This document shows positions 54,279-64,000 of a stretch of DNA of 64,000 nt, piece by piece. This DNA is from a virus. A program made the translations under genes and the position numbers. A model generated the notes under the pieces. It was not told where the DNA came from. It saw only the letters and a program-made list of their open reading frames with translations, and made no database searches. The stretch spans positions 23,170-87,169 of the IMG/VR virus record IMGVR_UViG_3300047284_000202. One strand, 5' to 3'. How positions within the stretch are numbered: position 1 is the stretch's first letter; each line of letters begins with the position of its first letter.

Positions 54279-54919
54279 TGGAATCTATACCAACAATTAT
54301 TATTGATAAATTTTTTGAAACTCCTTCATTGGTTCGTCAATATGCTCTCGGCCTTGACTTTTATAAGGGTGATAGGGGAAACTGGCCAGGCACAAGAACA
54401 GATTTTATTGATAAATTAAATCCAGAACTCTTTGAAGTTGTTGCAAAGAATCTAATTAAATATCTTAAAGGTTATACTGGATTTTCTGAGCTACAAATCT
54501 CTTTTCAGTTGGTTACTAAAATTCATGAAAAGGGATGGATACATACTGATGACACCAAATTTAATGTTGGTGCTGTAATTTTTCTAAATCCAGATTCACC
54601 AGTTGATAGTGGTTTTTCTGTATTCGATATGCAAAACTATGCTGGTGATGGATATTGGAATCAACATAGCAAACTAAAAGAAGAATACTTTTCTAAATTC
54701 CAAAAACAGGTTAAATCTGAGGATCCAGAAGAGATTAAAAAATATGTTGAATATAGAGATTTACACAATTCATCATATACTGAAAATATTTCTATTCAAA
54801 ATAGATTTAATAGAGCTTTAATTTTCTCTAGTAGTCAGTGTCATTCTGCTCAGAACTTTTTTGGTGATGGTAAAGATGATGCTAGATTGACTTTAGTATG
54901 TTTTGGGAGAGCAGTATGA
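54278..54919 (+). CDS. 2OG-Fe(II) oxygenase-like protein (DUF6445-like)
   Basis: IIIDKFF, WPGTRT, WIHTD...NRFNR...HSA...RLTLVCF. Confidence 0.8.
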   Translation: MESIPTIIIDKFFETPSLVRQYALGLDFYKGDRGNWPGTRTDFIDKLNPELFEVVAKNLIKYLKGYTGFSELQISFQLVTKIHEKGWIHTDDTKFNVGAVIFLNPDSPVDSGFSVFDMQNYAGDGYWNQHSKLKEEYFSKFQKQVKSEDPEEIKKYVEYRDLHNSSYTENISIQNRFNRALIFSSSQCHSAQNFFGDGKDDARLTLVCFGRAV

Positions 54920-55530
54920 ATAAAGTCAAACTTATCAGGGATGCAATTCCATTGCCTATTTGTGAATTACTATCCATAGAATTCCAATTGATCAAAGATA
55001 ATATGGATCTTGTAAATTATGATCATTCCTATAAAGATCCAATGTGCCCTGGTAGTTTTTCTTGGTATGCTCCTTTACCATTTGAATCTTTACTTGAGTA
55101 TCTCAAACCAAAAATTGAAGATGTCATGCAGATGACATTACATCCAACATATTCTTATGCTAGAATATACACTGAAGGTGCTTTCATGGAAAAGCACACT
55201 GACAGAAGATCTTCTGAAATTGCTGTTAGTTGCTGTATTGATAAAGATTCTGAGTGGCCATTAATTTTTGATATTGACGGTAAAGAAAATGAAGTATACA
55301 TGAATGTCGGTGATATTTGTGTGTATAAAGGTATGGAAGTTCCCCATTGGAGAAATGAATACCAAGGTAATAAACAAATTCAGGCATTTTTAATGTATGT
55401 GGATGTAAATGGTCCCTATGATTATTTTAAATATGATACCAGACCAATGCTCGCAGCACCTTTTTCTACAGTTAAACAAGTAGTCATTGATGAAATGAAC
55501 GGTAAAGTAAATGACCCACAAAATTATTAA
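54916..55530 (+). CDS. 2OG-Fe(II) oxygenase
   Basis: PTYSYARIY...KHTDRRSSE...YKGMEVPHWR. Confidence 0.85.
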   Translation: MNKVKLIRDAIPLPICELLSIEFQLIKDNMDLVNYDHSYKDPMCPGSFSWYAPLPFESLLEYLKPKIEDVMQMTLHPTYSYARIYTEGAFMEKHTDRRSSEIAVSCCIDKDSEWPLIFDIDGKENEVYMNVGDICVYKGMEVPHWRNEYQGNKQIQAFLMYVDVNGPYDYFKYDTRPMLAAPFSTVKQVVIDEMNGKVNDPQNY

Positions 55531-56092
55531 TACAAAATCTAATAAAATTATTCATGTTTTTGATGAAGTGTTCAGTTATCAGACTAGAACACTTTTACAT
55601 CGTTATATGATGAACTCTAATTATCAACCAATAGGGTATGATAATGACATTCTTGAGTATAAATCTGATATTACTACAATATCACTTTATTCTGACAATG
55701 ACGTGAAAAATATGAATTTTTATGGAAATCCTGAGGGGCAATTCTTATCATCGCATTTAACTGGTTATGAAACCAATTCAATATCAGTAAATATGTGCAC
55801 ACCATCAGATAAGTATAGAATTCATATGGATGCTGCTGATGGATTGACACTTTTATATTATGCTAATCTTAAGTGGGATATTGAATGGGGTGGGGAAACA
55901 CTATTTTTTGATGAAGAATTGGATGATATCGAATTTACTTCAATATATAAACCTGGAAGAATCGTTCTATTTGATTCGTCAATTCCCCACATGGCAAGAA
56001 CTCCTACGGTAATTGCTCCATACTATAGATTTACTTTTGTGCACAGATTTCAGAGAGCAAAGATGGTGAAACTAAATGACGTTATCAATTAA
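55511..56092 (+). CDS. 2OG-Fe(II) oxygenase, prolyl-hydroxylase-like
   Basis: IHMD...TLLYY...WGGET...PGRIVLFDSSIPH...RFT. Confidence 0.87.
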   Translation: MTHKIINTKSNKIIHVFDEVFSYQTRTLLHRYMMNSNYQPIGYDNDILEYKSDITTISLYSDNDVKNMNFYGNPEGQFLSSHLTGYETNSISVNMCTPSDKYRIHMDAADGLTLLYYANLKWDIEWGGETLFFDEELDDIEFTSIYKPGRIVLFDSSIPHMARTPTVIAPYYRFTFVHRFQRAKMVKLNDVIN

Positions 56093-56771
56093 CAAAATTA
56101 AAAACTTCCAAAATTTTATCATCAATGATAAACCATTTTATATCAAAAATGCTCTTACTGATGTTGATGACTACTTATCTTGGCAGACAGTAGAGGAATG
56201 CTTGAATGATCCAATAAAGTATAAATTTGAATGTATTGATAAAGATAATCAATCAAAAATACAGTTTGGGCAAATTAAACCATTCTGGAATGAAGTTGCT
56301 ATTCCTGATAAAAAGCACTTATTCAATATAGTTTCATCTGGTAATACTCTTGTTATACTTAATTATGGTCAATATAGCAAGAGCACCAACAATTTGTGTA
56401 AAACTATAGAAAATAATTTTCTTGTTGCCACAGATATACACGCATATTGTAGTTTTTCAAAATCAAAATCTTTCAAGATACACTGTGATTATGCCAGTAA
56501 TTTTATAATTCAATGTTATGGTACTACACACTGGAAAGTCTATGATAATAGATTATCCACTTTGTATCCAATTTCAAATTATGAAATTGATGAAAATGAG
56601 TTGGAGACTTTAATTGATATTGAATTGGTTCCTGGTGATTTAATTTACATACCATCTAGAATGTATCATAAAGCAGAACCTTCCGAAAAGAGATTATCAA
56701 TGAGTATTCCTTGTGTACCAATGATGTTTGATGTGACTAGATATGATAGAAATTACTACAGTTTACTATAG
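56076..56771 (+). CDS. JmjC/cupin oxygenase, similar to ribosomal oxygenases
   Basis: FKIHCD...IIQCYGTTHWKVY...LVPGDLIYIPSRMYHKA. Confidence 0.85.
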   Translation: MTLSINKIKNFQNFIINDKPFYIKNALTDVDDYLSWQTVEECLNDPIKYKFECIDKDNQSKIQFGQIKPFWNEVAIPDKKHLFNIVSSGNTLVILNYGQYSKSTNNLCKTIENNFLVATDIHAYCSFSKSKSFKIHCDYASNFIIQCYGTTHWKVYDNRLSTLYPISNYEIDENELETLIDIELVPGDLIYIPSRMYHKAEPSEKRLSMSIPCVPMMFDVTRYDRNYYSLL

Positions 56772-56776
56772 ACAAA

Positions 56777-57376
56777 ATGGATGATATTTTAATATTTGAT
56801 AACATAATTCCCAAAAGGCAATCAGAATATATTTTAGACTCTATATTTACTGATTCATTTCCTTGGTACTTTATGCCAAAGATAGTAGATCCAAATGGAG
56901 AAAGCAACTATCAGAATGTTTCGGGATTCAATCATTTTCTATTAGAGGATAATAAAAAAGTATCTCAATACTTTGATATGTTCTATCCAATAGTCATGAA
57001 TGTTTTGGATAAGCAAGAGGTTACATGTAATCAAATTATCAGGATGAGATTAAATCTACATTCTTGTCATCCAGATACTAAAATGGAGTATCATCTACCT
57101 CATATTGATTCCTTTTTCCCACATATGAACATGATTTGCTATCTAAATGATAGTGATGGTGATACTTTTATCTTCAATGAAGTCAATGAGCATTTTAATA
57201 CTCAATACGACAGTGAAATAGTCTCTAACAATAAGTTTACTATTAAAAAAAGAATTACACCAAAGATGGGAAGATGTGTAGTATTTGATGGTAGGTATTA
57301 TCATTCATCATCTTATCCGAAAAAGTCCCTATCTAGATGTGTAATGAATGTAAATCTTGCAACAATTAAATTGTGA
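56777..57376 (+). CDS. 2OG-Fe(II) oxygenase
   Basis: PHID...YLNDSDGDT...FDGRYYHSS..P...RCVMNVN. Confidence 0.85.
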   Translation: MDDILIFDNIIPKRQSEYILDSIFTDSFPWYFMPKIVDPNGESNYQNVSGFNHFLLEDNKKVSQYFDMFYPIVMNVLDKQEVTCNQIIRMRLNLHSCHPDTKMEYHLPHIDSFFPHMNMICYLNDSDGDTFIFNEVNEHFNTQYDSEIVSNNKFTIKKRITPKMGRCVVFDGRYYHSSSYPKKSLSRCVMNVNLATIKL

Positions 57377-57396
57377 CCCTGGACTCCTAGGGGGTC

Positions 57397-57425
57397 TTGA
57401 CAGACCGATCCACATGACCTATAGT
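57397..57425 (+). promoter_or_regulatory. Sigma70-type early promoter preceded by a hairpin
   Basis: GACCC...GGGTC hairpin, then TTGACA-17 nt-TATAGT. Confidence 0.75.
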
Positions 57426-57446
57426 ACCTGAAGAAACCACTCACCC

Positions 57447-57632
57447 ATGACACACTACGACAAACTTATGGATGCGATCAAAGATCATCTCTATACCTAC
57501 TACATTAGTGGTCAGCAGGGAGATGGTTGGGATGAAGCAGATGCTCAAGAATCTGCCCGTATGATTCTTGAAGCAGTAGAAGAATTTCAGACCAAACGTA
57601 CAAGGATTAATATGTGGAGAGCATCCGACTGA
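57447..57632 (+). CDS. Hypothetical protein
   Basis: First ORF after the promoter. Confidence 0.65.
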   Translation: MTHYDKLMDAIKDHLYTYYISGQQGDGWDEADAQESARMILEAVEEFQTKRTRINMWRASD

Positions 57633-57811
57633 TGACAAATAAAACCACACCAGAGAACGTTAAAGAGGCAAATGAGGGACTCTTTCGTGCTACAATGAAT
57701 CTTCCCTATGCTGCATATCATTGTGGTATGACGCAAAAGGAAATGAAAATGACCTTCCGTGAGTATCTAAAGTATCATGACCCAGACTACACTTACCAAG
57801 CTGACTCCTGA
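57632..57811 (+). CDS. Conserved cyanophage hypothetical protein
   Basis: KTTPENVKEAN...MNLPYAAYHCGMT; TGATG coupling. Confidence 0.65.
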   Translation: MTNKTTPENVKEANEGLFRATMNLPYAAYHCGMTQKEMKMTFREYLKYHDPDYTYQADS

Positions 57812-58085
57812 TCAACTTCAACTTGTTTATACTGCAGTACGTCGGTATCAACTTGAAAAGACTATTCTCGACTCGAATGATTATTGGGAGTGTTCAGAAA
57901 TTCTTGACATCATGTTCGATTCGGTCTATACTCAGACCAGAGAACAAGCAACCTAATGAACCATCTAGACATTATGAAATTGTGTGACAAGTTACAAGAT
58001 GCAAGAGATCGCATGTTGGAACTTGACGAATCCGAAGATGCTGCTACACTAGAACTGCTCTACCAGAAGTACCTCCAACGTTATC

Positions 58086-58613
58086 ATGAATATATTCGTA
58101 GTCGATGAAAATCCTCATGCTTCGGCACGGCAACTACCTGATAAACATGTGGTCAAAATGCCCCTAGAATCGTGCCAAATGCTCTCTATCGTATACTCTA
58201 AGTGGTATTACGATTGGGGCACCTTGCCGAAGAAGGACGGGTGCGATTATGAGACAAAAGGAGGTGCATTCCGTAACCATCCATGTACACAATGGGCAGC
58301 AAAGAATATCTATAATACTGCATGGTTGATTGTACATGGTCTTGCACTTTGTACAGAATACTATCATCGGTATGGTAAACATCATGCCTGCAGAAAGTCT
58401 TTGTTTGAGGCAAAGAAAATCTTTCATGAGAAGACAGGTAAGGCAATTACATGCTACTGTATGGCAGATCACTTTGCCCGTGCTATGCCTGACGAGTTTA
58501 AGTTAGACACTAATATAACTACTACTGATGCCTACAAAATGTATGTTGCATCTAAACCTTGGGTAAAGGATAATTACCTGCGAAAACCAGATAGGAAACC
58601 AGAATGGGTGTGA
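58086..58613 (+). CDS. Pyrimidine-dimer DNA glycosylase (endonuclease V-like) family protein
   Basis: MNIFVVD..P...A..LPDKHVVKMPLESCQMLS...NHPCTQWA...EYYHRYGKHH. Confidence 0.75.
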   Translation: MNIFVVDENPHASARQLPDKHVVKMPLESCQMLSIVYSKWYYDWGTLPKKDGCDYETKGGAFRNHPCTQWAAKNIYNTAWLIVHGLALCTEYYHRYGKHHACRKSLFEAKKIFHEKTGKAITCYCMADHFARAMPDEFKLDTNITTTDAYKMYVASKPWVKDNYLRKPDRKPEWV

Positions 58614-61600
58614 TGTGGAGACTGTGGGCTAAGGCACTAGGAGAAAAAGCACACAAGAAAGATTGTGTTGCTGATAAAGTTGCAATTATCAGAACCATTA
58701 TATTTGCAACATATTTAATTACAAACGTGTTTATTGTTGCTGGTGTGATTCGACACTGGAATGATGAACCAGCAAAGATTATTATCGAAGGAGTGCCTGA
58801 TGAGCAACCAGAACAACAACGAACGAACTTTCTATGATGATGCCTTTTATGTTGAAGAAACTCCGTATAAACTGTGGCACTCTTTTGACAAAGATGGGAA
58901 GCCACTTATCACGTCCCTCACGAAAGAATTATGTATTTCTGCCACCAGGTTTTATCTTAAGGGAGTACAAGAAGGATGGGGTGACAATGTTGGGTCTTCG
59001 TATGAAGGAGTCGTAGGTGGAAAACTCTAATCGTGAATATCCGTATCATGAATTAGATCCAACGACTCCATGGTACGAATTTCTGTGCTATAGTGAAATC
59101 TGCCATCAACTAAATGTCCCTGGGCAACCACACCTGGGACGTTTTATGGCATATCGTCGTTATCTTAAATCAGTAGGTATTCTATGACACACGACTTTGA
59201 ATGTATCTTCAAACCTGGAGATATGGTATCCTATTTGGGTTGTAGTCCTTCCCAGATTGCTTGGGGTTCGAATGATGATCCTGAAGATGTATTGGTTCAG
59301 GGTTATGTTTATGGTGTGGAGAAAGTTGATGTGCATTCTCAACATACCAAACTCAAACTGGTATCTAAACCAGGATGGTATAATTCTGTTTGTTTTGAAA
59401 AGTACCCGATGTGATTGACTACGGTAACGAGAAATTAAATCAAATTTTTAATGACACTTGGCCAAACTTAGGATGGGCAAAACGTATGACTGAACCAATT
59501 CACGCAAAAGTATCTGAAGAAGACTACCAGAAGGTTGTGGATCTTATGAACAATCAACAACCATATCCAGATGAGATGTTCGAAGAGGCAGAACGTCGTG
59601 AGAAGAGTAATCGTGTTCTTCAACGATATAATGACTTCTACAATATGGAATGTGCTGGTATGCCTCATGGGACACCCATCACACCAGAACATATGCAAAT
59701 GATTGCATTTGAGTCTATGATTGATGCTCTACGTTGTGAGAATCTCAATCGTGAGTATAATGAGATTGCGATTTCTGATATTGAGGATTTGATTGAAAGA
59801 CTTTGTGAACAATCAAATGAATTTCTTGAACGAGTGAGGAAACTGAAAAATGACTGAAGACATACAACAACCAAATGGAGACTTTCTGAAGAACTATCCA
59901 GATGTTACCCGTGTTGAAGTTATTACTAATAATGGCAGAGAGTTTGTTCAATATGAATGCTCTAATGTTCAGGTAAGTCTTCAAGATGACGGACAAACAA
60001 TTAAAGTATTTCTATTTTCCACTTATGACTGACAAACCTTTTTATCGTTTCTTTGCGATTGATTATCTTGCCACTGGTGAAGGTCATTCATTCTGGTTGA
60101 AGATCTGTCGCAACTATCAAAGAGTTGATGATAGGGATCGTGAATATGAAAAGTTTGCAAAGTTTGTTGACTGCGACTATTATATGCACGGATTTGAAGA
60201 ACTTACGGAGAGAGAGTTTCTGGACAAATATACGAGATTTATTCCTTACTTTGTCGCAGAAATGATGCAACGAAAAGATCAACCTGCATTTACTTGGGAA
60301 ACACATTTACACTTTAATTATTCATGACCGATAAAGAACTATACAACCCAGATGAATTCTTGCTGGATAATATCAAGAGCTACCACTATGAGGTGATGGA
60401 TGAGGGAGAGCACGTTTGGATGGCATTCTATTTTGAGGATGGTCGCACAGGCCACTTGAATATTTTCACCAACTGTGGTAAAATCAATACCAGATACGAG
60501 GAATGGGGAATGGGATGAGGTTTGAAGAACCAACAAAATGGGAATACTTTCTTGATGGATTTCGTAATGTGCTGTATATTCTCGACTCTTATGATACCAT
60601 TGAGCATTTTCCTGATGATTTCTGGGAATCTTTGAGTATAGGTTGGTATCAAGAATACATCTTCCCTTATGATGATCCATTTCTTATACACATCCCTTCA
60701 CCCGAACGTAAATTGAGGTTAGCAGCATGACTGATAGAGCACAAAAACTAATGGATGCTGTGTGGAACGAACGAAACACATGGGCAGATACAGAGCAAAA
60801 ACTTGTTGCTGCTATCATTCGCAAAACCATGGAACATGTTAAAACCATGACAGCACAAAAGTTAAACAACTTGACGGTGCTTGACAAGGGTGATATGATG
60901 ACCCTATCTAAAGAGGTGGAAAACCTATGAAACTCCTTGATTACTGCCACTATGAAGATTATGGGCATGAATGGTACTTTCAAGTGCTATCATTTCCTCG
61001 TCGTTTTGCTCTAATTGATATGGTAGTTCAGTGGGATGATTATCCTGCTACTGAATGGTTTCCATTTCTAATTATTGGTATTGGACCCCGTGATGTTGGG
61101 TTCTCATTCAGATGGAAATGGTTTGAGATTCGTTTTGATGTATTAGACTTTGATCCACGTAATTTAGATAACTACCGAGAAGGTAGAACTGTATACTACA
61201 AAGTGAGAAAGCAAGATGAGCAGGAAACTGAACTGGTTTGATTATTATTTTGGTCACTGTCTCCAGACTGGTTGGAGAGAGATGTGGAACAACTTTAAGA
61301 TGTGGAGAGATCTCATCAGTGGAAACTATGCTGATTATGGTCTACTGAGTGGTGATGATCCATATCAAGAGTGTTATGAATGGTTCTGGTGTAGTATCAA
61401 CATGGATGAAACATATCCTAAAGAGTTTCTAGAATATCTGATGGAGATGTGTGATAGAATTGATAGAGGTGAAGAGAAGTTGATACCTATTGATGAAGAT
61501 TTCTTTAATAGAATGAAAGAACTTACTGATGGAGTTGAACTAGATGACTAATCCATTGCTCGATACATTCGACGAAATGTATGGTGAAAAGAAAGAAGAA

Positions 61601-62080
61601 ATCGTAGAGGAAGTTGTAGAAGATAAAGAGGATGAACTTAGAGAAGAATTGAAGAGTAAGTTATCTGCACTTCATAGTGGTGCATTTACTACTGCAATTA
61701 CTAATGCTCCTATACATGGACAACTATCTTTTAATGCTTCTACTAACGAACTTTCAGTATATAATGGTTTAACTGATCAAGTCATTCCTACTGCTACTGT
61801 ATCGAATGGTAGAATGAATATGAATGGTGATTATATCAAAGCCGATGCACTGATTAGCAACGGCAAAACCACATCACCTGTTACTAGAACTTCAGTATCA
61901 ACATGTTTTGCTTTTCCTAAACCAACAACAGAAATGGAAAAACATTTTCTCAAGGTATTGGAAGAAGTTGCAAATGGAAAAGCTGTAGTATCAGATATTA
62001 GAGCAGACATAGATCCATCATTCACGGGATTTGGTGGACAGATAAGATATACTATTGGTATCGTCGGCAAATATCCGTAA
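58613..62080 (+). other. Run of about 14 small, translationally coupled hypothetical genes
   Basis: Includes ORFs 58613-58837, 58800-59030, 59184-59414, 59411-59857, 59850-60032, 60025-60327, 60324-60518, 60515-60730, 60727-60930, 60927-61241, 61216-61551 and 61544-62080, many with ATGA overlaps. Confidence 0.7.
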
Positions 62081-62097
62081 CACTTATCAATGACCCC

Positions 62098-62126
62098 TTG
62101 ACTTCACGGTTGAGGGGTGTTATATT
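62098..62126 (+). promoter_or_regulatory. Sigma70-type early promoter within an ACCCCT/AGGGGT hairpin
   Basis: TTGACT-17 nt-TATATT. Confidence 0.65.
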
Positions 62127-62151
62127 ATCAATGTTGAACGAAACAAAGCAA

Positions 62152-62349
62152 ATGTCTAGCAATTCTTCTTCTTCCTCCAGTGGTATCGGATTCCCTGGTC
62201 TGCTGACTGTTCTGTTTATTGGTTTGAAACTCACTGGTCATATTACTTGGCCTTGGGTCTGGGTTCTTTCTCCTCTGTGGATTAGTGCTCTAATTTTTCT
62301 TTGTGCTGTTGCTACCATCTTGATTGTTGCTATCATTGCTGACAAATGA
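62152..62349 (+). CDS. Small phage membrane protein
   Basis: GIGFPGLLTVLFIGLKLTGHITWPWVWVLSPLW motif. Confidence 0.75.
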   Translation: MSSNSSSSSSGIGFPGLLTVLFIGLKLTGHITWPWVWVLSPLWISALIFLCAVATILIVAIIADK

Positions 62350-63999
62350 GAAAGGTTATTGTAAAACCTAAATCTAGCAAGGCAAAGAATCGTTTGTCCA
62401 ACATCATGGAAAACAATCCTGTCTGCATTGTAGAGCAGGATACTGGTGGTGAGTTGTTCCTTGCTTCTGAAAACCGTAAATACTTTATGTGGGTCAGCAC
62501 TCGCACTGGAACTAATCGTTTCGGTGACAAAGCAGATGCTCACTGGGAAATCATTTCTGAAATCAAGGATGTAATCTTATGACTTACTCAATCACAAAAG
62601 AAATTCGTATTCACCACGAAGATGGTTGGTTCTACCAATTCACTGATGATGGTGAAGGTTGTATTGAAGTTTCTGCTTATGAAACACACGGTATTCAAGA
62701 AACAAAAACAGGGCAAACTCTTCACATTCCTAAAGATTGTATTGTTGATTTTATTGAAGTCCTGAATGAAATGCGATGAACTACCTCTGCCTCATTGATG
62801 GTGTTGTTGAGTTTGGCAGCACCAGTTTACACGAGTTTGCTCGTTACTTTGTGATGTATGATGAAGAAATTACAGAGGCAACTGAGAATGGCACCTTAGA
62901 GATTCTCACTGTCACTGATGAAGAATACACTGCTATGTTTCCTGTGGAGGATGAAGAATGAAAAGCTTTTTTGAGGAATATGTTGCCATTCCACTTGGCA
63001 TTCTGTTGTTGATTTTTATTGCTCCAACTGCGGTGCTTGGTGGATTGAAACTTGCCGCAACCTTAGTTGATATGACTCCTGCTTGTGAGGTGAGGAAATG
63101 AAACCTAAAACCCGTGTAATATTAGAAATGGCAATCGAAGAAGGTGTGCGTCGTGGGTATGCGTTAGCACACAAACATGTTGAGAATCCTTCTGAAGGTG
63201 CTATTATCGAGAGGATTGAAGATGCCGTGATGTCTGCAATCTACGAATATTTTACTTTTGACGAGGAGGATTTCTGATGACTTACGATCAACTCTACGAG
63301 CATATCGTCAACTATGTTGCCATGCCTCATACTACCATCACTGAGCATGATAAACGTCGTGCTTGTTTGATTCTTGGCACATTTATGGAGTTTCTCCTTG
63401 ATTGTGAGATTGAGGGCACAAACCCATACACCATTGACATGACTGGTTTTATCAACGAAAAGATTGACGAATACGAGGAAATGAAATGAGTGGTGGACAC
63501 TTTAACGATTGTGGATACAAATACTACAGTGTATCCCAGTTTGCTGATGAGTTGGAAGTAGAGATTGAGAATAATGGTAAGGAAAGGAATGAAGACCGCA
63601 CTTATGGTGAGATGTGGTATCCTAACCACGACCCTGATGTGATTGATGTTCTACGGGAGCAAATCCCCAAACTGCGTAAGATGGCAGAGATTATGAAACA
63701 CATTGACTATCTCTATAGTGGTGACATTGGTGATGATAGTTTCCTGCTTCGTATGAAAGAAACGGAGGCTAAGTATGACTAACCAAGAAAGAGCAGAAGA
63801 ACTCCTAAAAGTTATTTGTAAAAGTGAAGCACACAATACTGCTTGGATGCTTCAAGAGGTTCTTCAACAACTTCGTAAGCAACTATCAGGAACCAATAAG
63901 ATTGATTTTACTGATGAACTGGATGTGATGTTTAACGCTGGGTGGGATGAATGTCTCAAAGAGATTGATGCTATTTGTGATGAATTGGAGTTGTTATGA
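62346..63999 (+). other. Run of small hypothetical early genes
   Basis: ORFs 62346-62582, 62579-62779, 62776-62961, 63277-63489, 63486-63782 and 63775-63999, plus two short ORFs between 62958 and 63277, with ATGA overlaps. Confidence 0.7.
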
Positions 64000-64000
64000 C

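Overview
This window is a 64-kb segment of a T4-like cyanophage (cyanomyovirus) genome. A freshwater Synechococcus/Cyanobium-type host is inferred from gene content only. In order, it contains: (1) nuclease genes and a large tRNA region, with 23 tRNAs for 18 amino acids across the window, one non-canonical tRNA-like element and several structured non-coding RNAs; (2) photosynthesis and metabolism auxiliary genes (cpeT-like, hli, petF, psbA, speD, a cyanobacterial porin, and cp12 further on); (3) the T4 core replication block (nrdC, rnh, thyX, phoH, exonuclease, gp33, gp59, gp32); (4) the baseplate and tail module (gp53, gp48, gp4, gp2, gp54/19-like, gp26/gp51, two tape-measure-like paralogues, gp27-like, gp5) and fibre genes; (5) an island with a flavin-dependent halogenase and about eight 2OG-Fe(II)/JmjC oxygenases; (6) a run of small hypothetical genes. 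The most notable observations are a modular multi-pseudoknot RNA interrupted by an HNH endonuclease that has its own RBS-sequestering late-promoter hairpin, three tRNA-flanked RNAs with loop-loop pairings, a likely -1 programmed frameshift fusing gp26 to gp51, a riboswitch-like leader on a secreted RlpA transglycosylase, and a capsid-targeted nuclease-like protein. All calls come from reading motifs by eye; no searches or folding programs were run.
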